From: an uncultured Candidatus Saccharibacteria bacterium
Lineage (GTDB): Bacteria > Patescibacteriota > Doudnabacteria > UBA920
Direction: 5' to 3'
Assembly: GCA_964434195.1 (NCBI GenBank)
Contig: CAYSUI010000002.1
Location: 2,562-66,561, forward strand
Length of the DNA stretch: 64,000 nucleotides
Shown here: positions 55,540 to 64,000 of the stretch, piece by piece
Layout of the letters: every line of letters begins with the position of its first letter
How positions within the stretch are numbered: position 1 is the first letter of the stretch
Program-made: the position numbers and the translations under genes
Notes under the pieces: generated by a model
What the model saw: the letters and a program-made list of their open reading frames with translations, nothing else
Told to the model about the DNA's origin: nothing
Database searches by the model: none

Positions 55540-58455
55540 ATGTTACTAGAAAATTTAAACAAAGAACAACTAGAAGCGGTTACCAATACACAGGGCCCGC
55601 TTCTTATAGTAGCGGGCGCTGGCACTGGAAAGACCACAGTAGTAACAAGGAAGATTGGCTTTCTTGTAGAACAAAAACTAGCACTTCCTTCGGAAATACT
55701 TGCTCTTACTTTTACTGAAAAAGCAGCAGGTGAAATGGAAGGTAGGACTCTGGAACTATTACCACTTGGCAACTACGACTTATGGATATCTACTTTTCAT
55801 AGTTTTTGCGAACGCGTCTTAAAACAACACGGTACACATATAGGACTACCTCATGAGTTCAAACTACTTAGTGATACAGCTCAATGGATGTTAGTTTATA
55901 AAAACTTTGACCAATTTGACTTAGATTACTACCGACCATCAGGAACACCTTTCAAATTCATAGAAACACTTTGTACTCACTTCAGTAAATGTAAAGACGA
56001 GCTCGTCTCACCTGAGGATTATTTAAGCTATGCTGAATCACTTAAACTAGACGGGGACTCTTCGGTCCTTCTTTCATCGGAAGAGTCAATACTAGAACAA
56101 AAAAGGTTATTAGAGATCTCTTCCGCTTACCACACATATCAAAAATTATTACTTAGCAACGATAGTTTAGATTTCGGCGACTTAATTAACTATACTCTTA
56201 AACTTTTTAAAGAACGCCCGAATGTTCTTCGTTATTACCAAAACCATTTTAAGTATGTAATGGTAGATGAGTTTCAAGATACTAATTTCGCTCAGTACGA
56301 ATTAATTAAGTTGCTCTGCAATACTGGTAGTAAAAATCTCGCAGTAGTTGGAGATGACGATCAAAGTATTTATAAATTCAGAGGCGCCTCAGTATCTAAC
56401 ATACTTAATTTTAAAAAGGATTTTCCTGAACTAAAACAAACTACGCTTATTGAAAACTATCGCTCTAGCCAAGAGATACTGGATCTAGCCTATAATTTCA
56501 TAAAACATAATAACCCAAACAGGCTAGAAGTAGAACTAGGAATAAATAAAAGACTTAACGGTCATCAAACAGAACCAGCTACAATTGCCGTAATCGAAGC
56601 AATAGACATTGGCTCCGAATTAGCAATGATGATTTCAAAAATAATAGAAATTAAAAAAGAAAACCCAAATATTACTTGGAACGACTTTGCCATTCTAATC
56701 AGGTCGAACAACTCAGCAAATGAAATCATTCCCAGGCTCGAATCTTCAGGCATTCCCTACGCATTTATGGCTAATTCGGGTTTGTATAAGAAACCGCTAG
56801 TATCTTTTCTCATAAACTACATGCGGCTCCTAAATAATTTCCATGACTCGTCGTCACTTTTTAAACTCTTAAGTTTTTCGAAGTTTACTCTTGAACACAA
56901 TGAACTTAGTAAAATTACCCATTATGCTAATAAAAAAACTTTAAGTATCTACGAAGCTCTTGAGCTAGATGATCTACTAAGTACCTTAACAGATAACTCA
57001 AGACAAAGAATACAAATTGTAAAAGACACATTGAATCACCACGCCAAAGAAAGTCGAGAAAGGGGAGCGAGTGAGTTATTTGCATATATCGTAAAAGACC
57101 TCGGATTACCAGAATTACTAGAAGAAGATTCCATTGAAAACGTTCAAAATAGAGAATACTTAGAACAATTTTATAAATATATAGAAAACTTCGAACAAGA
57201 ATCCGGAGAGAGGCATTTGACTGACTTTCTCTATAATTTGGAATTGGAAATGAAAGCGGGGAGTGAAGGTCAAATTAAATTTGACCCTGAAAATGGCCCT
57301 GAAAGCCTTAAAATCTTAACTATCCACGCTTCAAAGGGATTAGAATTCGAAAATGTCTTTATGCCTGGAATGGTAGATCAGCGGTTTCCTAGCCGGGATA
57401 AAAATAGAGGTATAGATCTACCTGATGCTCTAATAAAAGATATACTACCTGACGGAGATTTCCATCTGGAAGAAGAAAGAAGGCTATTCTATGTCGCTAT
57501 CACAAGGGCGAAGAAAAGAATATATTTTTCTTGGGCAAAAGATTATGGGGGTAAAAAAGAAAAAAAACCTTCAATATTTTTAAGTGAGGCAGGACTAATT
57601 TCCAATGATTTACATAAAAAATCTACTGGCAAAGTGGTATTTAAAGACAAGGCACAATTAAACAATGATAAAATTGTTTTTCAGGACATCCCAGAAACTT
57701 TCTCTTTTACAGACCTCTCCACTTTTGAAAAATGCCCCCTAGAGTATAAATACAAAAACTATCTCAAACTACCTTTACCAGGCGCCCCTCAACTTTCCTT
57801 TGGCATTACAATGCATCGTGTATTTCAAGAATACATGCAAGATTTTATTAATAGAAAAAATAATTCGCAAATAGACTTATTCGGAGAAAGCACAGTAGTC
57901 GATTATGGCAAAATAGAATTACTTGAGGAGTTATATAAAAAAGCATGGATAGACGACTGGTACGCTACTAAAAAACAAAAGGAAGAATTCAAGAATAAAG
58001 GTAAAGATATGCTTAAGATTTTTTATAAAGCAACCATAGAAACTAAACCTAAACCAAAATATGTTGAACAATTTTTCAAATTACCAATAGGCAATTTTCA
58101 TTTTGTCGGAAAAATAGATAGAGCCGACGAAACACCAAACGGCTTGGCGATTATAGACTATAAAACAGGTAAAGTTCCTTCAAAAAAAACCAAATCAGAC
58201 TTAGACCAACTTAGAGTATATGAATGGGCAGCTAGGGAATTTCTAAACGAAAAAGTTTCCACACTCTGCTATTGGTACTTAGAAGCTGGAGAGTTTATCT
58301 CTGAAAAACTCTCAACCCCAGATGAACTACTAGATTTTCAAGAAAATATACTTAATCAGATACAAAATATTATCGAAGCAATTAAGTACGATACATTTTT
58401 CACGCTACACGAATCAAAATCCCAACATTTTTGCCAGTTTGAGGATTATAAATAA
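55540..58455 (+). CDS. UvrD/PcrA-family SF1 helicase fused to a C-terminal PD-(D/E)XK (RecB/Cas4-like) nuclease domain (AddA-like)
   Basis: Helicase motifs LIVAGAGTGKTTVV (I), VMVDEFQDTN (II) and RRLFYVAITRAKKRIYFS (VI). C-terminal nuclease motifs GKIDRADETPNGLAIIDYKTGK and QLRVYEWAA (QxxxY), with flanking Cys residues. Confidence 0.85.
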   Translation: MLLENLNKEQLEAVTNTQGPLLIVAGAGTGKTTVVTRKIGFLVEQKLALPSEILALTFTEKAAGEMEGRTLELLPLGNYDLWISTFHSFCERVLKQHGTHIGLPHEFKLLSDTAQWMLVYKNFDQFDLDYYRPSGTPFKFIETLCTHFSKCKDELVSPEDYLSYAESLKLDGDSSVLLSSEESILEQKRLLEISSAYHTYQKLLLSNDSLDFGDLINYTLKLFKERPNVLRYYQNHFKYVMVDEFQDTNFAQYELIKLLCNTGSKNLAVVGDDDQSIYKFRGASVSNILNFKKDFPELKQTTLIENYRSSQEILDLAYNFIKHNNPNRLEVELGINKRLNGHQTEPATIAVIEAIDIGSELAMMISKIIEIKKENPNITWNDFAILIRSNNSANEIIPRLESSGIPYAFMANSGLYKKPLVSFLINYMRLLNNFHDSSSLFKLLSFSKFTLEHNELSKITHYANKKTLSIYEALELDDLLSTLTDNSRQRIQIVKDTLNHHAKESRERGASELFAYIVKDLGLPELLEEDSIENVQNREYLEQFYKYIENFEQESGERHLTDFLYNLELEMKAGSEGQIKFDPENGPESLKILTIHASKGLEFENVFMPGMVDQRFPSRDKNRGIDLPDALIKDILPDGDFHLEEERRLFYVAITRAKKRIYFSWAKDYGGKKEKKPSIFLSEAGLISNDLHKKSTGKVVFKDKAQLNNDKIVFQDIPETFSFTDLSTFEKCPLEYKYKNYLKLPLPGAPQLSFGITMHRVFQEYMQDFINRKNNSQIDLFGESTVVDYGKIELLEELYKKAWIDDWYATKKQKEEFKNKGKDMLKIFYKATIETKPKPKYVEQFFKLPIGNFHFVGKIDRADETPNGLAIIDYKTGKVPSKKTKSDLDQLRVYEWAAREFLNEKVSTLCYWYLEAGEFISEKLSTPDELLDFQENILNQIQNIIEAIKYDTFFTLHESKSQHFCQFEDYK

Positions 58456-58529
58456 TTATCTATTATATAATTTTGTATCTGTTTTTTTAGTTTTATAATT
58501 AATTACAATTATTTTTCAAATTTAAACAA

Positions 58530-59786
58530 ATGCTTTCCTATGAGTCGATTTCATTTTCTGTAAGTGACTACCTAGATTTCATAAATTTAGCACTTAAACC
58601 AACCGAAAGGGTTACTGTAATAGGGGAAGTGTCGTCTTTAAAAAACCATCAAACAGGAGTGTACTTAAGCATCAAAGACCCTAACCAGGAAGCATTATTA
58701 GATGTTTATATAGACCCTTACACATACAAAAAGATACAACTTCCATTAGATGAAGGTATGTTAATAAAGCTACACGGTGTAGCTAAAATTTTTAAACGGC
58801 GAGGCTCGTTTAGATTTCATGCAACTAATATAGAACTAGCTGGTGAAGGTAGCTTAAAGAAAGCTTACGAACTTTTGAAATCAAAATTAACTTCTGAAGC
58901 ACTTTTCGAAAGAAAAAGGAACTTACCTGAACTCATTGAAAATATTGTAGTTATAACATCCAGCTCAGGTGCTGTTTTAGCTGACTTTAAAAATAACCTG
59001 ATCCCACAAGGAATCAAGGTTACCGTACTAGACACCAGAGTCGAGGGAAGAGACTCTAAGTCCCAGATTCTTGATGCCCTAAAATACGTAAACAATCATG
59101 CAAATAATTACGATGCATGCGTGCTAATAAGAGGAGGAGGAAGCCTAGAGGACTTACAGGTATTTAATACCGAAGAAGTCACCCGAGCAGTCTATAACAA
59201 CCAGATACCAGTAATAGCCGGTATAGGTCATGACAAAGATGTGCCACTGGCCTGTTTATCGGCGGATTACTCCTGCTCTACACCTACTGCTACAGCATTG
59301 TTGTTAAATGAAAATAGAGTAAAAATCGAAAGAACTATTTTGCAAACCTACCAAAAAATTCAAGAAAAAATAGAAAAAAGAATTGAGCTTACAAATTACA
59401 GAATCTGGGAATCAGAAAAAAACATTTTTAAATTAGAAAACAACCTTCGAAGAACTGTAGAAAAAATATCACAAAAACTCAATTTTTATATAAACAGTCT
59501 CGAATACAAACTACAAAAAACATTTTCTTCTATAAACCTACTTTGCTTACAAATTAATCGTTCTATTACTGATTCTGTAAAAGAAAGAAATAACAAAATT
59601 AATTCTATCTCTACCTTAATAGATTCATATAATCCTGAAAAAATGCTAAAGAGAGGTTATGCCTTAGCATATTCAAAAAATGGTAAAATTATTAAAAGTT
59701 CTAATCAGCTAGATATTGGGGAAAAGTTAACACTGAAATTTAAACAAGGAACTGCAAAAGTTAACGTAGAAAGTACTCAAATATGA
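58530..59786 (+). CDS. xseA: exodeoxyribonuclease VII large subunit
   Basis: N-terminal OB-fold, catalytic core ...LIRGGGSLEDLQVFN, and C-terminal coiled-coil region. Followed by xseB with overlapping stop/start. Confidence 0.85.
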   Translation: MLSYESISFSVSDYLDFINLALKPTERVTVIGEVSSLKNHQTGVYLSIKDPNQEALLDVYIDPYTYKKIQLPLDEGMLIKLHGVAKIFKRRGSFRFHATNIELAGEGSLKKAYELLKSKLTSEALFERKRNLPELIENIVVITSSSGAVLADFKNNLIPQGIKVTVLDTRVEGRDSKSQILDALKYVNNHANNYDACVLIRGGGSLEDLQVFNTEEVTRAVYNNQIPVIAGIGHDKDVPLACLSADYSCSTPTATALLLNENRVKIERTILQTYQKIQEKIEKRIELTNYRIWESEKNIFKLENNLRRTVEKISQKLNFYINSLEYKLQKTFSSINLLCLQINRSITDSVKERNNKINSISTLIDSYNPEKMLKRGYALAYSKNGKIIKSSNQLDIGEKLTLKFKQGTAKVNVESTQI

Positions 59787-60004
59787 AATCAAATAAAGAA
59801 AACGCTAAATTAACAGACAAACTTTCAGAACTTCAAAAAATCAGCGAATGGTTTGAATCCTCAGAAGACCTAGATCTAGAGGAAGGTTTAAATAAAGCAA
59901 AACTAGCTGCGGAGTTAATTAAAGAAGCCAAATCACGTCTCAAAAAAATTGAAAATGAATTCAAGGTTATCAAAGATCACCTAAGTGACGACGAAATAGA
60001 GTAA
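59783..60004 (+). CDS. xseB: exodeoxyribonuclease VII small subunit
   Basis: 73-aa helical protein (LSELQKISEWFESSEDLDLEEGLNKAKLAAELIKEAKSRL) translationally coupled to xseA. Confidence 0.8.
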   Translation: MKSNKENAKLTDKLSELQKISEWFESSEDLDLEEGLNKAKLAAELIKEAKSRLKKIENEFKVIKDHLSDDEIE

Positions 60005-60049
60005 TTTTTAGTACTATCCACAAAGAGGTGTTATAATTTATTTGAAGAA

Positions 60050-60427
60050 ATGAGTGCTCTTACTTCAAAAACCTATCTCATTCAAATCATCACCGGGACA
60101 CTTGTGTCTTTGGTATCATTTGTTTCTATAATCTTATACACCGATCCATACACTGCGAGCCTAACCACACATTTATCGTTTTACTCAACTTTATTCTTTT
60201 GGACATCCGGCGTATTTATATTAATAGGTATATTTCTAAGAAAAATACTCAAACTAGATCAAGCAGGGCAATCCATATGGGTAAGCTTTAGACAGGGACT
60301 CCTTCTGGGAGTACTAGTAGCCTGCTCTCTAATGCTACAATCTCAATTTTTGTTGTATTGGTGGGTAATTATAAGTTTAGTGTTGTTTCTAGCAGTAGTA
60401 GAAATGATATTCGTCTCATCAAATTAA
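60050..60427 (+). CDS. hypothetical integral membrane protein
   Basis: 125 aa with four predicted TM helices. No recognisable motif. Confidence 0.4.
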   Translation: MSALTSKTYLIQIITGTLVSLVSFVSIILYTDPYTASLTTHLSFYSTLFFWTSGVFILIGIFLRKILKLDQAGQSIWVSFRQGLLLGVLVACSLMLQSQFLLYWWVIISLVLFLAVVEMIFVSSN

Positions 60428-60455
60428 AAACTGAAATTTTCAAAAATTCTTCTAA

Positions 60456-61908
60456 CATGACCCAAGAGTCAAAAGAAAGCCAAGCAGTAAATTCTAATGT
60501 AACTCCTATTGTTACTAAAAACATATTTTTTAATGTCCCTTCAAAAAACAGACTAGCTGGACCTAGAACAAACCCAGAAATTACAAATAAGGAAAACACC
60601 ATCGAAAACGACCAAGAAAGTCACAATTTTAGTAATTTTTTTAAAAAAAATCGTACCTTACTGATTGCTGCTTTTATATCAATAGTTGTATTTTCTATTG
60701 CGGGTTATTTCGTTTATAAATATATTTTGGAAACCCCACCTGAAGCAGAAATTCCTGTTTCTGTCCTAACCCCTAAACCAAAACCAACAAATTCGGACCA
60801 ACCCACAACCCCCAAAAGCGAAATTACTTCATTATGGCTTCAAAAATATTTTAAATTTTCAGAATGTAAGGAAGAACAGCTTTGTGGGGATAAATCCGAC
60901 CCTGACCACGATGGTTTAACTAATGTAGATGAATTTAAACTAGGTACCGACCCCAACAACCCCGACAGTGATAGCGAAGGAGTAGCGGACGGAGACGAAG
61001 TGAATATTTTTGGCACAAGCCCACTACAAATAAGCACCACTGGCAGCAGTAAGTATAGCGATGCAGATGACGCAAAATCCGGTTATGACAGCAAGACTCC
61101 AGGTAAAAAATTTACACCTCAAAGAATCTCAGAAATTTCGTCAAAAATAAAACAATTTGGGGTTCATCAACCCACAATTACTACCTTAGGTGACTCTCTA
61201 ATAAATATTTATGGTTTTACTTCAGACTCAGCACAACCTTTACCAACCCCTTCCCAAACAAACCCAAATCTACCTGCTGGCCTAGATACTACACCCGAGG
61301 CTCTTCTGGACCGCGATACCCAGAGAAGCTCAACGATGAAAAAACTGGGAGTATCTTTAGTAAAATACAAAAATGATGTAGGGAGTTATCCTATCACTGA
61401 AAGCTTCACTGAAATGACCAGCAAAATAAAACCTTACAATCTTGTTGCTACCAGTAGCCAAGATCCCATAAACAAAGAGCCTTATATCTACACTTACAAC
61501 TCTCAAGATGGTAAAAACTTCTATTTAACCTACTACAGCGAAACCCAAAAAACCCTAATAAAATATCTTTCCACGACCGCTGAAAAAGATTACCTTACAG
61601 AAGACTCTGGTTTAAGAGATGAACAAAGAATGCAGGATCTGGAGAGCCTTAGGACAGCACTTATCACATACTCAACGACAAAAATTGCTGGCAACCAAAG
61701 CTACGTATTCCCTCCTGTATCCAAATATAAAACCGAATTGGTTCCTAAATTCCTATCCCAAATACCAAAAGACCCAAAAACTCAATCGGATTACGAATAC
61801 CAGGTAGGAACAAATTTCGACTCATTCACTATAAAAGCCGTTTTAGAGAGTCCATCACAAGGAACAACCGGCTATCTCTGCAATCAAGAAGAGTGTAGAA
61901 AATACTGA
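60456..61908 (+). CDS. membrane-anchored protein with Asp-rich (thrombospondin-type-3-like) repeats and two tandem C-terminal pseudopilin-like domains
   Basis: TM helix LLIAAFISIVVFSIAGYFVY; DPDHDGLTNVDEFKLGTDPNNPDSDSEGVADGDEVN; then two copies of a GspG-like core (LVKYKNDVGSYP...DPINKEPYIYTY and LRTALITYSTT...IPKDPKTQSDYEYQVGTNFDSFTIKAVLE). Start set at ATG 60456; the ORF track's 60358 overlaps the previous gene. Confidence 0.5.
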
Positions 61909-61978
61909 AAAAAAGCCTATTTGTACTTACAAATAGGCTTTTTTATGATAACATTAGCTATATTCAAATGATTTTAAT

Positions 61979-63502
61979 ATGGAACAAAAATATAGCGAAA
62001 TCTACGCAGCTAAAGTAATCAAAGTCGAAAAACATCCAAATGCAGACAAACTAAGAATTATCACCTTATCCTTAGGAGATAGGGAAATCTACCCAGTAGT
62101 CTGCGGCGCTTGGAATTTTGACGAAGGGGCAATTGTTGTACTAGCTTTGCCAGGCGCACACATACCACAAAATATTCATTCTGAAACTCATGAATCTTTT
62201 ACATTAGAAAAGGCTACTATCAGGGGTATTGAAAGCCAAGGTATGATTTGTGCAGCTTTCGAATTAGGACTAGGTGAAGACGAAGGACCCAAAATACTTA
62301 TTTTAAAAAACGACACCAAACCAGGTGAGCCTTTCTCCCCAGAAATGATTAACAATCATACTAAGAATAAAATCACCATTCTTTCTAACGAGGCAGTTAA
62401 ATTAGAAAAGGCTTTAGAAAACAAGACAGACGCAGAAAACCTTCGTATAAAGAGATACCTAAACATGCCCGATCTATCAAGAAAAAATGGTAGCCCTTTA
62501 AAAGAGATGGCTGATAGAATTGTAAATTTACCAGATTTTGAAAGTTTCGATATCATCCAAATTCCTGAAATTGTTCCAGCCAGTATCAGCTTTGACCTCT
62601 TCGATTTCGCCCCAGACCATCCAGCCCGTTCCAAATCTGATACTTATTATGTCGACGAGTCAAACATTCTACGTACTCACACCACAGTTATGTGGTATTA
62701 CTACCTAGCTCAGGAAGAAATAAAAAAACGAATTGCTAACAACCAGGCAGTTGGCTCACTTTGCTTTGGTAAAGTTTACAGAAAAGACGAAATAGACAGA
62801 AGGCATATGAATATCTTCCATCAAATGGACGGTTGGTATTTAGTTCCAAAATCAGAAAAAATTATAACCGAGGAAGATCTAAAATCTGTACTCTCAAGTA
62901 TTGCCAAAGCTGTATTCGGAAAGAAAGTTAATTTCAGATTTAACAAGGATACCTTCCCATATACTGACCCAAGCTTAGAAATGGAAATTGAAATGAACGG
63001 AAACTGGATTGAAGTACTTGGGAGTGGAGTTGTAAAAGGGAGTGTATTAAAGAAACTAGGAGTTGATCCTGAAATTTATAACGGTTGGGCATTCGGATTT
63101 GGCCTAGAGAGACTCGCTATCCTTAGCATGGAATTGCCAGATATCAGGTTGCTTTGGTCAGAAGATCCAAGAGTCTTAAAACAGTTGCATTTGGGACAAA
63201 AATTCGTTGAAGTAAGCAAATACCCTCCAATTACTCGGGACATATCATTTATAGTAAATAACGATTTCATCCCAAATAATTATTTCGATCTAATTAGAGA
63301 CATAGGGGGTGATCTTATTGAAGAAGTAGAACTCCTAGATAAATACGAAAACCCGACCAAATTCGGCGAGGGAAAAGTTAGCTACACCTATAGAGTTGTT
63401 TATAGAAGACCAGACAGGACTTTAAGAACTGAAGAAGTAGAGCCCTTACAAGCCAAGCTTTACGAACAAACCAAAGAACAATTTAACGCAGATTTAAGAT
63501 AA
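61979..63502 (+). CDS. pheS: phenylalanine--tRNA ligase alpha subunit with N-terminal tRNA-binding (Myf/EMAP-like OB) domain
   Basis: N-terminal KVIKVEKHPNADKLRIITLSLG...VVCGAWNF OB-fold, then class II aaRS motifs (FRFNKDTFPYTDPSLEMEI, GWAFGFGLERLAIL). Confidence 0.85.
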   Translation: MEQKYSEIYAAKVIKVEKHPNADKLRIITLSLGDREIYPVVCGAWNFDEGAIVVLALPGAHIPQNIHSETHESFTLEKATIRGIESQGMICAAFELGLGEDEGPKILILKNDTKPGEPFSPEMINNHTKNKITILSNEAVKLEKALENKTDAENLRIKRYLNMPDLSRKNGSPLKEMADRIVNLPDFESFDIIQIPEIVPASISFDLFDFAPDHPARSKSDTYYVDESNILRTHTTVMWYYYLAQEEIKKRIANNQAVGSLCFGKVYRKDEIDRRHMNIFHQMDGWYLVPKSEKIITEEDLKSVLSSIAKAVFGKKVNFRFNKDTFPYTDPSLEMEIEMNGNWIEVLGSGVVKGSVLKKLGVDPEIYNGWAFGFGLERLAILSMELPDIRLLWSEDPRVLKQLHLGQKFVEVSKYPPITRDISFIVNNDFIPNNYFDLIRDIGGDLIEEVELLDKYENPTKFGEGKVSYTYRVVYRRPDRTLRTEEVEPLQAKLYEQTKEQFNADLR

Positions 63503-63541
63503 AAATCCCTTGCTAATAGGCTTCTATTTTTAAGGGAAAAA

Positions 63542-63550
63542 TGCTATAAT
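63542..63550 (+). promoter_or_regulatory. extended -10 promoter TGCTATAAT upstream of gyrB
   Basis: TGnTATAAT consensus ~110 nt upstream of the gyrB start. Confidence 0.4.
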
Positions 63551-63591
63551 TTCAGTAAGATTTTAAATTATAGCAGCATTTGAATAAAGAA

Positions 63592-63650
63592 TAGAGAATA
63601 AAAATCCTTCGAGGTTATCTTTATTCGTTATTCTTTATTCTTCATTCACA
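63592..63650 (+). promoter_or_regulatory. long imperfect inverted repeat (21-bp arms, 2 mismatches) in the gyrB 5' leader
   Basis: GAATAAAGAATAGAGAATAAA ... TTTATTCGTTATTCTTTATTC with a 17-nt loop, between the promoter and the gyrB ATG. Confidence 0.35.
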
Positions 63651-63660
63651 CTTCTCAACT

Positions 63661-64000
63661 ATGGGTAAAGAAAAAGATACAAAAAATACATATTCAGCAG
63701 AAAACATTACCGTTTTAGAAGGCTTAGAACCAGTACGCAAAAGACCAGGAATGTACATCGGAACCACCTCTGAAACAGGTCTTCATCACTTAATATGGGA
63801 AATCGTAGACAACGCTGTCGACGAAGCCATGGCAGGCCACGCTAGTCTTATTAAAGTTGCTATTCAAAAAGATGGTGGGGTTAGAGTAGAAGATAATGGA
63901 AGAGGTATTCCTGTAGATGTGCATAAAACCACAAAGAAATCTGCTCTAGAAACGGTTCTTACCGTACTTCACGCAGGTGGTAAATTCGGTGGAGATGCTT
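63661..64000 (+). CDS. gyrB: DNA gyrase subunit B (N-terminal fragment; continues beyond window)
   Basis: GHKL ATPase N-terminus: [26 protein letters not shown]...[17 protein letters not shown]...[11 protein letters not shown]. Confidence 0.9.
   Translation, partial: MGKEKDTKNTYSAENITVLEGLEPVRKRPGMYIGTTSETGLHHLIWEIVDNAVDEAMAGHASLIKVAIQKDGGVRVEDNGRGIPVDVHKTTKKSALETVLTVLHAGGKFGGDA

Overview
This is a low-GC window from a small bacterial genome. The gene content (reduced and fragmented cell-wall cluster, many small membrane proteins with pilin-like domains, few regulators) is most consistent with a Patescibacteria/CPR-like organism. That lineage assignment is an inference.

Housekeeping genes make up most of the window:
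- **Cell-envelope genes:** two GT1 glycosyltransferases (7-2251), murG, a patatin-like lipase, murC, murB, then a D-Ala-D-Ala carboxypeptidase, mraY, a D-aminoacylase-family amidohydrolase, murD, ftsW and murJ.
- **Secretion and translation:** hpf, secA, secDF, lepA, pheS, and the start of gyrB at the window end.
- **Nucleotide housekeeping, proteolysis and redox:** an ITPase, a NUDIX hydrolase, aminopeptidase N, an L,D-transpeptidase and thioredoxin.
- **ATP synthase:** a complete F1Fo operon in canonical order, atpI-B-E-F-H-A-G-D-C.
- **tRNA loci:** two loci, Gly(CCC)-Thr(CGU) on the plus strand and fMet-Met-Asp on the minus strand.
- **DNA repair cluster:** rmuC, a NYN protein, a PIN protein, a UvrD-like helicase with a C-terminal nuclease domain, and xseAB.

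The features that are not housekeeping are:
1. A promoter-driven degenerate tRNA-Gly paralog plus GC-rich hairpins upstream of the real tRNA-Gly.
2. A TIR-like and IMPase-family gene pair (38.6-40.1 kb) that appears GC-elevated, next to the tRNA-Thr locus.
3. A second standalone TIR-like gene beside a 21-bp palindrome.
4. A consensus-promoter unit encoding a 23-aa Lys/Ala-rich peptide.
5. An ~188-nt highly structured element with 13-bp terminal inverted repeats, sitting between tRNA-Met and tRNA-fMet.
6. A ~4.3-kb segment (48.3-52.6 kb) that appears GC-shifted and encodes secreted proteins with a '...AFSQ' signal-peptide end.
7. A CIRCE-like operator upstream of hsp20.
8. A leaderless two-gene unit pairing a membrane protein with a VirD4/TraD-like ATPase.
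9. Pseudopilin-like domains in proteins that lack a prepilin signal.

No CRISPR array, rRNA gene, integrase or transposase was seen.
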